NCBI GenBank assembly: GCA_964627255.1
Contig: CAZVIN010000004.1
Coordinates: 504 to 64,503, forward strand
Source of the DNA: an uncultured Eubacteriales bacterium
Lineage (GTDB): Bacteria; Acidobacteriota; Aminicenantia; Aminicenantales; CALLJL01
Reading direction: 5' to 3'
Length of the DNA stretch: 64,000 nt
In this document: positions 8,868 through 18,882 of the stretch, one piece after another
Position numbering within the stretch: the first letter of the stretch is position 1
How the letters are laid out: each line of letters starts with the position of its first letter
The notes under the pieces: model-generated
The model's database searches: none
The model's input: the letters and a program-made list of their open reading frames with translations, nothing else
Told to the model about the DNA's origin: nothing
Program-made: the position numbers and the translations under genes

Positions 8868-10670
8868 ATGAGAAAAACCAGGATGAAAGACGACTATCAA
8901 AAAATCAAGTCAAATATTATTAGCCTGATTTTTTTGGGGCTTTTATTATTTTCAGCTATGGTTGGCTGCTATCAAAAGCCGAAGCAGGCCGTCGTTCCCT
9001 ATGAACCAGAAGCCTGGGTTCCCAAAGTCTGGAAATCGGAGCCGCCCGAAGGTTGCCCCTTTGAACCTTCTAAAGATATAAAAGGAATTGCTTTTACTGG
9101 AAGGTATGCTACTTACACTGACGCCGACACCTGGTACCCTTCCTGGGCAGAGGACGAGAATATGTACAGCGGCTGGACAGATGGAGAAATCGGAAAGGAA
9201 AGCTGTCATTCTTCTGGCGGGGTTAAGGCTCGCACAGGCAACGCGAAAATAATTGGCAATGACCCTCTGAACCTGGTCATCCAGTCGCTGGGGAGTCAGC
9301 CGGCTTCAGCCCTACCTTACGGTGGCCGTTACCCCAGTGCCAACTTGGTCTATAACGGAATCTGGTATTACGGGACTTATTGCATAGACTTCGACTTTAC
9401 TAAACCCGAATACAGGGAGGAATACAGCTGGGCTATCTGCGGTCCTGTTCCTGGCTTCAGAATTTCTTTTGACTACGGGAAAACCTGGATTCCCAGCCCG
9501 CTATCGCCCGAGAATCCGCTTTTTCCAGAATCGGGTAAAAACGGCCATCAGGTAAAGATGGGCACTCCCCACTTTGTTGATTTTGGCCGCAATCTGGAAT
9601 ACTCCCCGGATGGGAAAGCTTACCTCGTAGGTCACGGAGCCCTGGAAAACGACCCGACTCCTCGGGTAGCCGGCAACAGCTGGATCGCCGGCGATGCTGC
9701 ATACCTTGCCCGCGTGACACCTTCTCCCGAAAACATTAACAATATAAGAGCCTATGAGTTTTTTGCTGGGTTCAACTCTGAAGGAAAGCCCGTCTGGTCC
9801 AAAAATTTCTCTGATATAAAGCCTTTGTTGGTCTGGGATGATCACATGGGCTGCACAACTATTACCTATAATGCTCCTCTGCGCAAATATTTGATGTGCA
9901 TTACTGATGGCTGGCCAGGCGTTAAGAACATGAACTCTTACCTACTTGAAGCCGATGAGCTAACCGGACCTTATAGATTAATTACCTACATGAGGAATTT
10001 CGGTCCTCAGGGCTATTTTCTCAATTTTCCTTCAAAATTTATCCAGGCTGACGGCCGAACAGCCTGGCTTTCCTATTCGGCCAATTTTCATAAGGATTAT
10101 TTTGCTAACCGGGCCATCGCCAATCCCCTCGGAAGCCGTTATGCCTGGTGCCTGCAAGAAGTTAAACTCCTGGATGAAACGACTCTGAACTCACTACAAA
10201 AAAAGGAACAAGAAGACCCAATTAAAACCGAGAAAAATATTGCTCTCCGGGCTCGCGTTAGCGTTTCTTCAGTTCAAGAAAAAAGCAAACCCATGACTGA
10301 GGTCCCGCAATTTTTCGGTGAAGGGGCAGTGGAGGGAGTCATTGAATATCTAGAGGAAATCAATCAGCATGCCTGGGTCAGTCAGGAAAAGTCAACAGCG
10401 ATGATTCGATTGTGCTGGGATCAGCCTGAAACTATCAGCCGGGTCTGGCTTTTTGACCTGCCCAATTTAAAAGACCATGTTCTATCAGGGCTACTGGTGT
10501 TCAGTGATGGAACTTCCCTGAGAGTTGGCGAGCTGCCAAATGATGCCAGGTCAGCCAGAGAAATTTCCTTTCGGCCAAAAAAGATCACCTGGCTGGCCTT
10601 CATCATAGATTCTGTTTCCAAGGAAACCAGAAACACCGGCCTGGCTGAAATCGCTGTTTTTAGATTTTAG
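8868..10670 (+). CDS. Hypothetical secreted lipoprotein, possibly a sialidase-like/glycosidase fold, with a C-terminal discoidin (F5/8-type-C)-like domain.
   Basis: N-terminal signal with a Cys (..LLFSAMVGC). The C-terminal ~130 aa end ...TGLAEIAVFRF, like discoidin domains ending ..EIEVY. No confident family assignment. Confidence 0.4.
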   Translation: MRKTRMKDDYQKIKSNIISLIFLGLLLFSAMVGCYQKPKQAVVPYEPEAWVPKVWKSEPPEGCPFEPSKDIKGIAFTGRYATYTDADTWYPSWAEDENMYSGWTDGEIGKESCHSSGGVKARTGNAKIIGNDPLNLVIQSLGSQPASALPYGGRYPSANLVYNGIWYYGTYCIDFDFTKPEYREEYSWAICGPVPGFRISFDYGKTWIPSPLSPENPLFPESGKNGHQVKMGTPHFVDFGRNLEYSPDGKAYLVGHGALENDPTPRVAGNSWIAGDAAYLARVTPSPENINNIRAYEFFAGFNSEGKPVWSKNFSDIKPLLVWDDHMGCTTITYNAPLRKYLMCITDGWPGVKNMNSYLLEADELTGPYRLITYMRNFGPQGYFLNFPSKFIQADGRTAWLSYSANFHKDYFANRAIANPLGSRYAWCLQEVKLLDETTLNSLQKKEQEDPIKTEKNIALRARVSVSSVQEKSKPMTEVPQFFGEGAVEGVIEYLEEINQHAWVSQEKSTAMIRLCWDQPETISRVWLFDLPNLKDHVLSGLLVFSDGTSLRVGELPNDARSAREISFRPKKITWLAFIIDSVSKETRNTGLAEIAVFRF

Positions 10671-10888
10671 ATAATTAGAACCTCCGATAAATTATAAACT
10701 AAACTTAAGAATTAGATTAAGGGTAAAGAACACCAACTTCGGTTAGAACCATGGCCGTTTTATTTTTGAGCCGCTTCCTGATGGACCACTATTGGCACAT
10801 AACCCACTTCTAATCCTGGTGGCGGGGCAACTATTAAAGCCGGGTCCAATTTTACTAATTTGCCAAACGCCGGAGGCGCCATGTAATC

Positions 10889-11293
10889 TCAGTCATTCGG
10901 CCAATTAGCATGAATCTTTTCTACCAGAGCCTGTAATTTATCCTTTTTCTCAGCAGACCAGGCAGAACGGTCACCAGGTCTGGTATATTGCCAGAAGGTT
11001 GGTTGATCGATACACCTATACCAATAATAAGTCACCACCGAACCATCAGCCAGCTTAGCCTTAAAGGGTCCGGCTTTCGGCCTAGGCCAGATTTCCCTAT
11101 TAGGATAATCTACCATCAAGCCCTCAGCCGGCTCCTTAGCTTTATAGGGACGCTCTTCTGGTCTGGGATTGGCATTGACCGAAGAATCAATATTGACCCA
11201 AGTTGAAGTATAAGGACGCCCAGGTTCCGCCAGCGGGAATTTTTGCTGGGTCAAACTGGTTTCAGCCGGCACTTCCGATTCCCTAATAGCCAC
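10889..11293 (-). CDS. Hypothetical protein (134 aa), directly downstream of the sulfatase in the same orientation.
   Basis: ORF with no recognizable motifs. The position suggests co-transcription with the upstream sulfatase. Confidence 0.3.
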   Translation of the reverse strand: MAIRESEVPAETSLTQQKFPLAEPGRPYTSTWVNIDSSVNANPRPEERPYKAKEPAEGLMVDYPNREIWPRPKAGPFKAKLADGSVVTYYWYRCIDQPTFWQYTRPGDRSAWSAEKKDKLQALVEKIHANWPND

Positions 11294-11348
11294 ATACTTA
11301 TTTTCTTCATATTTGTAATATTGCAGAAAAACAGCTAAGATGTTTTCT

Positions 11349-12914
11349 TCATTTTCGAGGAGGAGCGCTTCTTCCTTCCTGCTTATAACGTTCTAACAGC
11401 CTCTGAAGCCGGTCAACAATTTCAGGGTATTTTTCCCAAAGGTCATTCTCTTCATAGGGGTCATCCTTTAAGTTATAGAGCTGACCTGGTGTTCCAGGCT
11501 GTGGGGGAAGTCCTTCTGGAGTCATCCAGCCGCCAGAAGTTTTATTGTCTAGAATAAGCTTCCACGCCCCTTGCCTGATAGCAAAAGTGCCGTTTTCTGA
11601 ATGAGAGACGATAGCCTCTCTGATTGGCTTTTTATATTTTTCTCCCAAAATAGCGGGAGAGATGTTATAGCTATCTGGTCCATCTTCAGGAGATAATTTA
11701 GCACCGGTGATTGAGGCAAAAGTAGCCATCATATCAACCAAAGAAATGGGCTCATCAGATACTCTGCCTGGTTTGACCCGTTTGGGCCAGCGGACGACGA
11801 AAGGAACTCGGTGTCCGCCCTCCCAAATGTGAGTCTTGTAGCCGCGTAAGGGTCCCGATGACTTATGACCTTTGATCCCGGGATGGGGGCCGTTATCGCT
11901 CGTAAAGATAAGGATAGTATCATTGCTGATCCCTAAGGAGTCCAATGTTTTCATTATCTCTCCGAGACACCAATCAGCAAGAACGACAAGGTCTCCCCGA
12001 GGACCATCGCCGCTTTTTCCCTTAACGAAATCAGGAGGCAACCAGGGAGTATGAGGTGAGGATAAACAAAGCAGGACGAAAAAGGGCCGCGCTGGCCTCT
12101 CCTTTAAACTGCGATTTATAAAAGAGATTGCCTCCCGAGTAAAAACAAGGTCCACTTCCTCAAGCTTAAAGTTAGGAGCCGCCCAGCCAGGTCGAGGGCT
12201 TCCCTCTTCACCCCGGGTCATATCATAGAATTCGGAGATCTGGCGATTAGGCATTTCTCTAACCCTGTTTCCCTCAATAAATGTGAACGGGCCATCTATA
12301 GTTGAGCAAGCGGCGGTAAAGAGGGCGTAATCAAAACCGTGGTCAATTGGTCCGCCACTGACAGGCTTGGAAAAGTCTACGTTCATTCCTGTCTCTGGCG
12401 GCGAATCTTGGTGGGACCCTTTCAACATTTTCTCGGCGTCTTTCCAGGTAGGAGTAAACCCGTTCATTCGGGTCCAGTTTAAACCAAGATGCCACTTGCC
12501 AAAGAAACCAGTCTTATATCCAACTTGTTTTAAAAGATTGGCTAATGTCTTCCGCTCTGGTTCAATCAGGGCTGGGGTGTATCCCCCGACAACTTTCCTC
12601 TTTAACCAGGTTCTCCAACAATATCTTCCGGTCAGAAGGCCATAGCGGGTAGGGGTGCAAACAGCAGCCGGAGAGTGGGCATCAGTAAATCTAACTCCTT
12701 CCTGTGCCAATTTATTTATGTTGGGGGTGGGTATCAACGACTCGGGGTTATAACATTCTGCATCTCCATAGCCTTGGTCATCAGTTAAGATAAGGATGAT
12801 ATTCGGAAGTTTATTCCTTTTGATGCCTATTAGGCTGGAATATACAGAAGAATTATTCAAAGCAATTAAAGCTGCACCCAGGCCGGCGGTCCTGACGAAT
12901 TCTCTCCTTTTCAT
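11349..12914 (-). CDS. Sulfatase (arylsulfatase family, Cys-type) with a Tat signal peptide.
   Basis: Twin-arginine N-terminus MKRREFVRTAGLGAALIAL. ILTDDQGYGD metal site. CTPTR formylglycine motif (C-x-P-x-R). ...TSDNGPH... and GKWHLG. Confidence 0.85.
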   Translation of the reverse strand: MKRREFVRTAGLGAALIALNNSSVYSSLIGIKRNKLPNIILILTDDQGYGDAECYNPESLIPTPNINKLAQEGVRFTDAHSPAAVCTPTRYGLLTGRYCWRTWLKRKVVGGYTPALIEPERKTLANLLKQVGYKTGFFGKWHLGLNWTRMNGFTPTWKDAEKMLKGSHQDSPPETGMNVDFSKPVSGGPIDHGFDYALFTAACSTIDGPFTFIEGNRVREMPNRQISEFYDMTRGEEGSPRPGWAAPNFKLEEVDLVFTREAISFINRSLKERPARPFFVLLCLSSPHTPWLPPDFVKGKSGDGPRGDLVVLADWCLGEIMKTLDSLGISNDTILIFTSDNGPHPGIKGHKSSGPLRGYKTHIWEGGHRVPFVVRWPKRVKPGRVSDEPISLVDMMATFASITGAKLSPEDGPDSYNISPAILGEKYKKPIREAIVSHSENGTFAIRQGAWKLILDNKTSGGWMTPEGLPPQPGTPGQLYNLKDDPYEENDLWEKYPEIVDRLQRLLERYKQEGRSAPPRK

Positions 12915-13074
12915 TTGATTCTCCTGCAGAAAAAGTGGTCATTAAATTTATAATTTCTATTATTTAATTTAAGAAACAAATTATGGCGAGTCAATAGAAT
13001 TCTTCTCTTTCGGAATAACACGGAGCATTTCATAATTTCTAAATGGGCCTTTATTATTGTTCTTATTATCTTAT

Positions 13075-13980
13075 CTATTCTTGAGACCAAGGGAGGACTT
13101 TGGTCCGGATAGCCCATGACTTCCACATCTCGGCCATTTTCTCAACCAGGTCGGGACACTGATTGGCCATGTTGTTTGTCTCTGTCGCATCATTCTCCAT
13201 GTCGTAAAGCTCCCAAGGGCCATCTTTTTCTCTCGCTACCAGCTTCAACTTGCCGGCTATAACAGCTCGGCTTTTCTCATGTTCGAAATAAATGGGCTCT
13301 CTTTCGATCGGTTTCTCCTCCAACGCCGGAATAAGACTTTTTCCTTCCATAGGAATTATAAATTGATCATTGAGTTCCCGGGGATAGGTTGCTCCTGAAA
13401 CCTCGACACATGTGGCCATAAGATCGGTTATATGGCCAGGCTGATTTATGATTTTATTTTTAGTTTTAATCCGGTGAGGCCAATTGTGTTTCGGACCTTC
13501 AGTGAACCTGGTGACATGCCATTTTCCACAAGCATAATTCCTATATCCAGCTTGTTTTAAAACCTCAGCAATAGTTACGCAATGTTTATTCAAATCTCCC
13601 CTGTAACCATCTAAACCTTCATCGCGCTCCATATCGCCGACACCAGTTTGGTGAGGGTATAATCCTGTAAGTAGACTGGCCCGACTAGGACAGCACCTGG
13701 CCGAATTATAAAAAATCGAGAAACGTACACCATTATAGGCCAGTCTATCAAGATTGGGAGTATCAATTTCTCCACCGTAGCAACCTATGTCCGAATAACC
13801 TAAGTCATCCGCCAATATCAGGACGATATTTGGCCGCATATCAGCCTGCCTGGATTTGCAGTTTGACATCGAAAAAATGGGAGAGCTTAATAACACCCCT
13901 GCCGAGGCATAAGAAATCTTCCTGATGAATTCTCTTCGTCCGTATTGGAGACTCATCTTACCCTCCAAATGAAAGATCAA
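13075..13980 (-). CDS. Sulfatase-family protein with an internal in-frame deletion (301 aa). The N-terminal catalytic half is fused directly to the C-terminal segment, so it is probably inactive.
   Basis: Tat-like N-terminus (RREFIRK), LADDLGYSD, CCPSR FGly motif, GKWHV. It then jumps to ...INQPGHITDLMATCVEVSGATYP, which aligns with ISLVDMMATFASITGAKLS of the neighbouring sulfatase. The central ~170 aa including the SDNG metal-ligand region are missing. Confidence 0.6.
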   Translation of the reverse strand: MIFHLEGKMSLQYGRREFIRKISYASAGVLLSSPIFSMSNCKSRQADMRPNIVLILADDLGYSDIGCYGGEIDTPNLDRLAYNGVRFSIFYNSARCCPSRASLLTGLYPHQTGVGDMERDEGLDGYRGDLNKHCVTIAEVLKQAGYRNYACGKWHVTRFTEGPKHNWPHRIKTKNKIINQPGHITDLMATCVEVSGATYPRELNDQFIIPMEGKSLIPALEEKPIEREPIYFEHEKSRAVIAGKLKLVAREKDGPWELYDMENDATETNNMANQCPDLVEKMAEMWKSWAIRTKVLPWSQE

Positions 13981-15637
13981 TGATCATCTGGCCTTTTTCA
14001 GGGAAAATCTTTAAAGGTTCATTCCTACCCTTCAGGAATCTGCCTTTTTTCAGTGGCACAACATAAGTCCAGTTTTTAAATTTGCAGGACAACTTACTGG
14101 GTTCTACGCTTAAAAATGGTAACTCCGCTTCTGGAGCGTTGCTTAATTCCAGGTACCAGTTATTTTTAACCCTGCCCTTGGCCGAAATAACCAGGGATTT
14201 TTCATCAAACCTGATAAAAATTTCTCCTCCCGGGGAATCGGTTGGCCAGCGCAGTAAGAGTTCGCCCGCCGGCGAATCATCCACCATCAGGTTATTACCT
14301 TTTAACTCTTTCCCATCATCATATTTAAACCTCAAACCGGCAATTGTCCTGGTGGAACTCCAGTAAAAGCCATCCACCAGCGGCAGAGTATAATAAAAAC
14401 ACTGACTTGATGTCCCTGGTTTTTTAAAATAATCAGAGACCATGTTTTCATCAAACAGATGAATATCTCTGAACCGTAAAGTTCCCTGTTCCCAGAGCAG
14501 ATTTGCCCTGTAAAATCTTGAGTTAAACCAGACGGTTTTTAAATTTTTTTCAGAATGATCCTTAAGCACTACGACCGAAGTCGGGGGAGTAACCTGATAA
14601 TTTTCCTTAAACCACTTTCCCGTTTCACTGAGAGTTTGCAGGACAATTTTCCCGTTTTTAACCAGCTCGTCTAAAATCTTCATCTGAATCTGATAGCCCT
14701 GGGCCATTCTTTTCCAGGTGAAGGAATTCTCCTGCCCAACTTGGACATAGGCATAATTCAGGGCTGGTTCGTTTACAAACCAATCGAAATACCATCGGCA
14801 CCATCTCTCATCGCCCCCACCCTTCTCATACACTGGCTCAAGAGAAATGACGCGCTGGTTCCCGGTACCCAGGCCGCTGTCATATTGATGAATGGGGTCG
14901 CTGCCAAGCATGCGGAAAATGGGGACGGGAATTTGCTTTTCCGGGTTCTGCGCAGGCATATAAGCATTGGCCTGGCCCGGATAGTAACCACCACTCCAGT
15001 AACCACCCCACAGCGTATATCCATCTGTTCCCACCTGGTCTTTACAATTACAGGAGGCCACCAGGCCATATTTATCGTGTATGTATTTCAGAGAATGAGC
15101 ATCGATAAACCAGGACCCGACCGATTTAGGATAGTAACCGAAAATCTTCTTGAAATCTTCCATGTAGGTATCAATGAGTTTTTCTCTTTCTTCCGGTGTA
15201 TAGCCAGTGGAAAAACCAACATCAGCATGCCAGTCCCAGGGAAATCTTCCACGCCATTTTAGTCCGCTTTTCTCCACCAGAGGTTGCGGTATTTCCCACC
15301 AGGCTCCGACCTCAAACTTATCGGCTGGCAATTTTTTCATCAGTTTCTGATAGCGGGGGTCAATGAGAGCATCATACTGGAGAAGGAAAGTGGCTTTGAA
15401 ATTATGCTGGTGTATGATCTTAATCTGCTCCACCACCGTCTGGTAGAGAACTTCCTCGGTTATCCAGTCAATTCGTGGTTCGCATTGCCGGACGAAGTTT
15501 ATTATATTTACAATGCGTGGTGAGCGATTCTGTCTTTCAGCTTCTTTGCCCTGGCTGATTCTAGCATAGCCTGTCAATAACAAGAGAAACGCAAATATCA
15601 TCAATATCCATTTTCCCTTTTCATTGATCTTAATCAT
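13958..15637 (-). CDS. Hypothetical secreted protein (559 aa), possibly a DUF-type glycoside hydrolase. Unassigned.
   Basis: N-terminal signal/TM segment (WILMIFAFLLLLTGYA). Trp/Tyr-rich. The motif IVNIINFVRQCEPR is reminiscent of DUF-type putative hydrolases found near sulfatases. No confident catalytic motif. Confidence 0.35.
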   Translation of the reverse strand: MIKINEKGKWILMIFAFLLLLTGYARISQGKEAERQNRSPRIVNIINFVRQCEPRIDWITEEVLYQTVVEQIKIIHQHNFKATFLLQYDALIDPRYQKLMKKLPADKFEVGAWWEIPQPLVEKSGLKWRGRFPWDWHADVGFSTGYTPEEREKLIDTYMEDFKKIFGYYPKSVGSWFIDAHSLKYIHDKYGLVASCNCKDQVGTDGYTLWGGYWSGGYYPGQANAYMPAQNPEKQIPVPIFRMLGSDPIHQYDSGLGTGNQRVISLEPVYEKGGGDERWCRWYFDWFVNEPALNYAYVQVGQENSFTWKRMAQGYQIQMKILDELVKNGKIVLQTLSETGKWFKENYQVTPPTSVVVLKDHSEKNLKTVWFNSRFYRANLLWEQGTLRFRDIHLFDENMVSDYFKKPGTSSQCFYYTLPLVDGFYWSSTRTIAGLRFKYDDGKELKGNNLMVDDSPAGELLLRWPTDSPGGEIFIRFDEKSLVISAKGRVKNNWYLELSNAPEAELPFLSVEPSKLSCKFKNWTYVVPLKKGRFLKGRNEPLKIFPEKGQMIIDLSFGG

Positions 15638-15894
15638 TTTATTTTCCTCTTAAGATATTCACTAACCTGCGTTTTAATTTAGTTCCCGTTTCTGTCCTGG
15701 CTATCAAGAATAAATCGAAATTTTCGTATTTGTTCTGGCCCGCCAACAATAATTTTAAAAATCAAAATTTTACGCTTCCTTTCAAAGCAGGAGATAAGTC
15801 AAGGCAACAGACATGACCCTGCCAAAAAGGCGTCAATGGCATAACTTTTAATTTTAATATTTAAGGCCAAGTCAGCTTTGAAACAATTTCTTTT

Positions 15895-18846
15895 TTATTT
15901 ACCAGAAAAATTTACGACCACATCTATCGCCGGCAAAAGTCTGGCTGGCCCCAGCAGACCGGCTGGATAAAGTTGCCAGTTAGACTTGATGTTGGTGCGG
16001 CAGAATCTTTTTTCTGGCGGAAGATTCAAATCGCCACAGAGACGATTAATCCACATATTCCTGACTTCAACTTTAACATCATTGGAGCCTGGTTTGAGGA
16101 AAGGAGTAATCTCTGTCCGGAATTGCGGGGTCCATAATATGCCAGCTGATTGGCCGTTAATAAACACTTCAGCCACTTCATGAACCTCTCCCAGATCCAA
16201 ATATAATCTTCTACCAGAACTCAGCCACTCTTCAGGTATGTCAATCGTTTTGATATATAAGCCTGGGCCAGAATAATACTTCACACCTTCATTTTCATGG
16301 TCTGTCCATGATATAAGTTCTGGCAGCTTAATGCTGGGGGGAGCTCCCCACTCAGGATCAAATTCCACTGTCCATTCACCTCTAATGGTCTGTGGCTCTG
16401 GCAAGGAATAGACTTTTATCTGTTTCTTTTGTGCATTTATACCAGTCACTTCGTATTCGCCGTTCTGCCAGACTCTGACCCTGGCAGATGTTTTATCAAC
16501 TTCTTGGATTTGTATGAGAGGAAAAGAAGAATCATATTTTCCGTCCGAAAGCACAGCCCAATCAACGCCTGGAGACAAAGTTTTATCATTGAAGACGACA
16601 AACATAGAACCGGCAGGCGGTAGATGGAGCCACACACTTGTTCCGCCGGGCATTTTCCTGTGAGCGAAGGCTGGTTTTATGCTGCCATCCATCGGATCCC
16701 ATAGTTGAGGGGTTTTATCTTTGACCCGAAAAACACACCAGGTACTTATCGGAGTTAATGATTTGTTTCTGACAAAATAGATATCCTTATGTTCTACCCG
16801 GCGATGGATGTAATCAAAATGGGTGTTGTGTTCTACAATCTCACTCGAAAAATCTGGCCCGATAGAATTCTTCAGCAGCCATTCCCTGGGAGTTAACCCC
16901 CAAATAACTTGGCCCCGGCCATAGTTATTTTGTTTGACTGAAATCCCATCACACTCTCCCCACATCCTGTCAGCCAGGACTCGCAGTTTCATAGCTTTTT
17001 CTTCGTGATCTTTAAGACCCGGAACATCAAATGGCTTGGGGCCCATGATGGTCGCTCCTTCGGATACCAGCTTTTCTAATTTGATAAGCACTTCAAGGGG
17101 CATGACCCGCTCATCAGGAAGAACAAGAAAGCGATAAGCCATCCCATCGGGAAGAAGAATCCAGCCATCTTTAACTGTCATTCGATTGAGGATGACATCA
17201 GTGTTGACCACATCATAATCATAGCCCTCACCCAATCCTTCCAGCAAAGGTTTTTCTGGAACATTGTGAAACAGCGGCCAGAAATTGGGAGCTTTATCAC
17301 CATAATAATAGGCAACATCAGCTACAAATAAACCCTGCTGCAACATATAACAACAACGAGCCAGGTAATCCATGAAGGGTCTGACCTTGGGCCACCAGAC
17401 CACCCGCGGGTTCAGATCCACACCAGCATGATAAGTACGCCCGGGGAAACCTGCCTCTTCCGGTGAGTGGGCAAAGACATGGTAGGTTATCCGATTCAGA
17501 CCTTCACAGAAGGCTCGGTCGACCAGCTGTTTAAGCACTAAAGGGCTGTTCTGCCAGCGCAACCAGGTGGTCCATGATTCAGCATCTACGTATTTTTTCC
17601 CATAAATATGGGAAGCCGAAGCTATCTCTTTAACCAGAAAAATATTGTGGCGATTCTTAATCCAGAATTCACCGCGCGGTATATCAACATTTCCCAGGGC
17701 TTTTAAAGCATCAACCGGACAGCTATCCCAGATAGGGGGGCCGGGACCTCCAGCTTCGCCAGCAAGTTGCAGACCGTACTCAGCACATACCTCGCTCCCC
17801 GTTATATAATGGCTGAAAATAAGGAGATCGCTTACTGTTTTTTTATAATCATAAATAAATCTATCACTGGTGTCCTTATCTTTTACGGTCCAGCCTACCA
17901 ACACAGGTAACCAGGCAATCGGATCATAGCCATTATACTTATTAAACCATTGGGGGAACTTCGCCGTCCACTGAATGCCTTCTTCCAGCTCCATGCTATC
18001 AACTTCAAGGTATTTAAGAGGAAAATCTGGATTCGGTCCTTTTTCCAACCCAAGTTTATTTAAGATGTACTCAAAGTGAAAACGGGTGGCATCTGGATCC
18101 AGAAAATCTATAAATAGACCCTTTGAATTTGGACTGGCCGCGATTAGCTGTTGACCATTGTTAGTACAGACAAAACGCATAATCTGCCACTTACCCGGTG
18201 GAACGTCCCACACCAGCTGACCATTTGTTACCTTATCAGTAATATTGATGACTTTAGAAACATCTGGAATAAGTTTATTTTCGGCATAAGGCCAGGCCAG
18301 CACAGCTACATCAAGATACCACTTTGGCCTGCCGTCTTCACCTTTAGGACAGTTAGGTGGAACTTCAGGGAACTCAAGCTGTTGCCTGATTTCAGCCGGT
18401 CCGCTGACTACCAAACTTGAATAATACAAATTCTTACTGGCCATGTCCGGAGGCACCCAGGAACCTCCTGCATTCCAGCCACTGGAAGTGATCAGCCCCA
18501 GAGTCAGTCCTAATCTTTGGGCTTCTTTCATTGAGTGATGAATAGCCGCTACGGATTCAGGCCCCAGAAAGGGTGGGCCGGTGGGAACAAAACCGTCAGG
18601 ATTTCGCATGGCTTCGGTATCCCATATTTCCAGGCCGGCCAATCCCTTATCTTTGGCTTCTTCTAAATCACGGGTCAGACCATCAAGCGTTACCGCCCCG
18701 TTCAGCCAGTTCCAGTAGGCTCTCGGTCGAGCCTCATGACCGGGCTGTTTGAAGCCAGTTGCTAGATACGTATCTTTGGTCTTGACCTGGCAAGCATTGC
18801 AAACCAGAAACATTACCAGAAAGAGAAGGCTGATAATTTTTTTCAT
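15895..18846 (-). CDS. Large secreted putative glycoside hydrolase (983 aa) with a C-terminal galactose-binding-like (GH2 sugar-binding-like) domain. Family not assigned.
   Basis: Lipoprotein-like signal (..LVMFLVCNAC). The C-terminus ...VFINGQSAGILWTPQFRTEITPFLKPGSNDVKVEVRNMW... resembles GH2/GH106-type jelly-roll sugar-binding domains. Confidence 0.4.
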   Translation of the reverse strand: MKKIISLLFLVMFLVCNACQVKTKDTYLATGFKQPGHEARPRAYWNWLNGAVTLDGLTRDLEEAKDKGLAGLEIWDTEAMRNPDGFVPTGPPFLGPESVAAIHHSMKEAQRLGLTLGLITSSGWNAGGSWVPPDMASKNLYYSSLVVSGPAEIRQQLEFPEVPPNCPKGEDGRPKWYLDVAVLAWPYAENKLIPDVSKVINITDKVTNGQLVWDVPPGKWQIMRFVCTNNGQQLIAASPNSKGLFIDFLDPDATRFHFEYILNKLGLEKGPNPDFPLKYLEVDSMELEEGIQWTAKFPQWFNKYNGYDPIAWLPVLVGWTVKDKDTSDRFIYDYKKTVSDLLIFSHYITGSEVCAEYGLQLAGEAGGPGPPIWDSCPVDALKALGNVDIPRGEFWIKNRHNIFLVKEIASASHIYGKKYVDAESWTTWLRWQNSPLVLKQLVDRAFCEGLNRITYHVFAHSPEEAGFPGRTYHAGVDLNPRVVWWPKVRPFMDYLARCCYMLQQGLFVADVAYYYGDKAPNFWPLFHNVPEKPLLEGLGEGYDYDVVNTDVILNRMTVKDGWILLPDGMAYRFLVLPDERVMPLEVLIKLEKLVSEGATIMGPKPFDVPGLKDHEEKAMKLRVLADRMWGECDGISVKQNNYGRGQVIWGLTPREWLLKNSIGPDFSSEIVEHNTHFDYIHRRVEHKDIYFVRNKSLTPISTWCVFRVKDKTPQLWDPMDGSIKPAFAHRKMPGGTSVWLHLPPAGSMFVVFNDKTLSPGVDWAVLSDGKYDSSFPLIQIQEVDKTSARVRVWQNGEYEVTGINAQKKQIKVYSLPEPQTIRGEWTVEFDPEWGAPPSIKLPELISWTDHENEGVKYYSGPGLYIKTIDIPEEWLSSGRRLYLDLGEVHEVAEVFINGQSAGILWTPQFRTEITPFLKPGSNDVKVEVRNMWINRLCGDLNLPPEKRFCRTNIKSNWQLYPAGLLGPARLLPAIDVVVNFSGK

Positions 18847-18882
18847 TTTGGTCCCTTTCCTTCCAAAAGAACCCGTGTTTGC

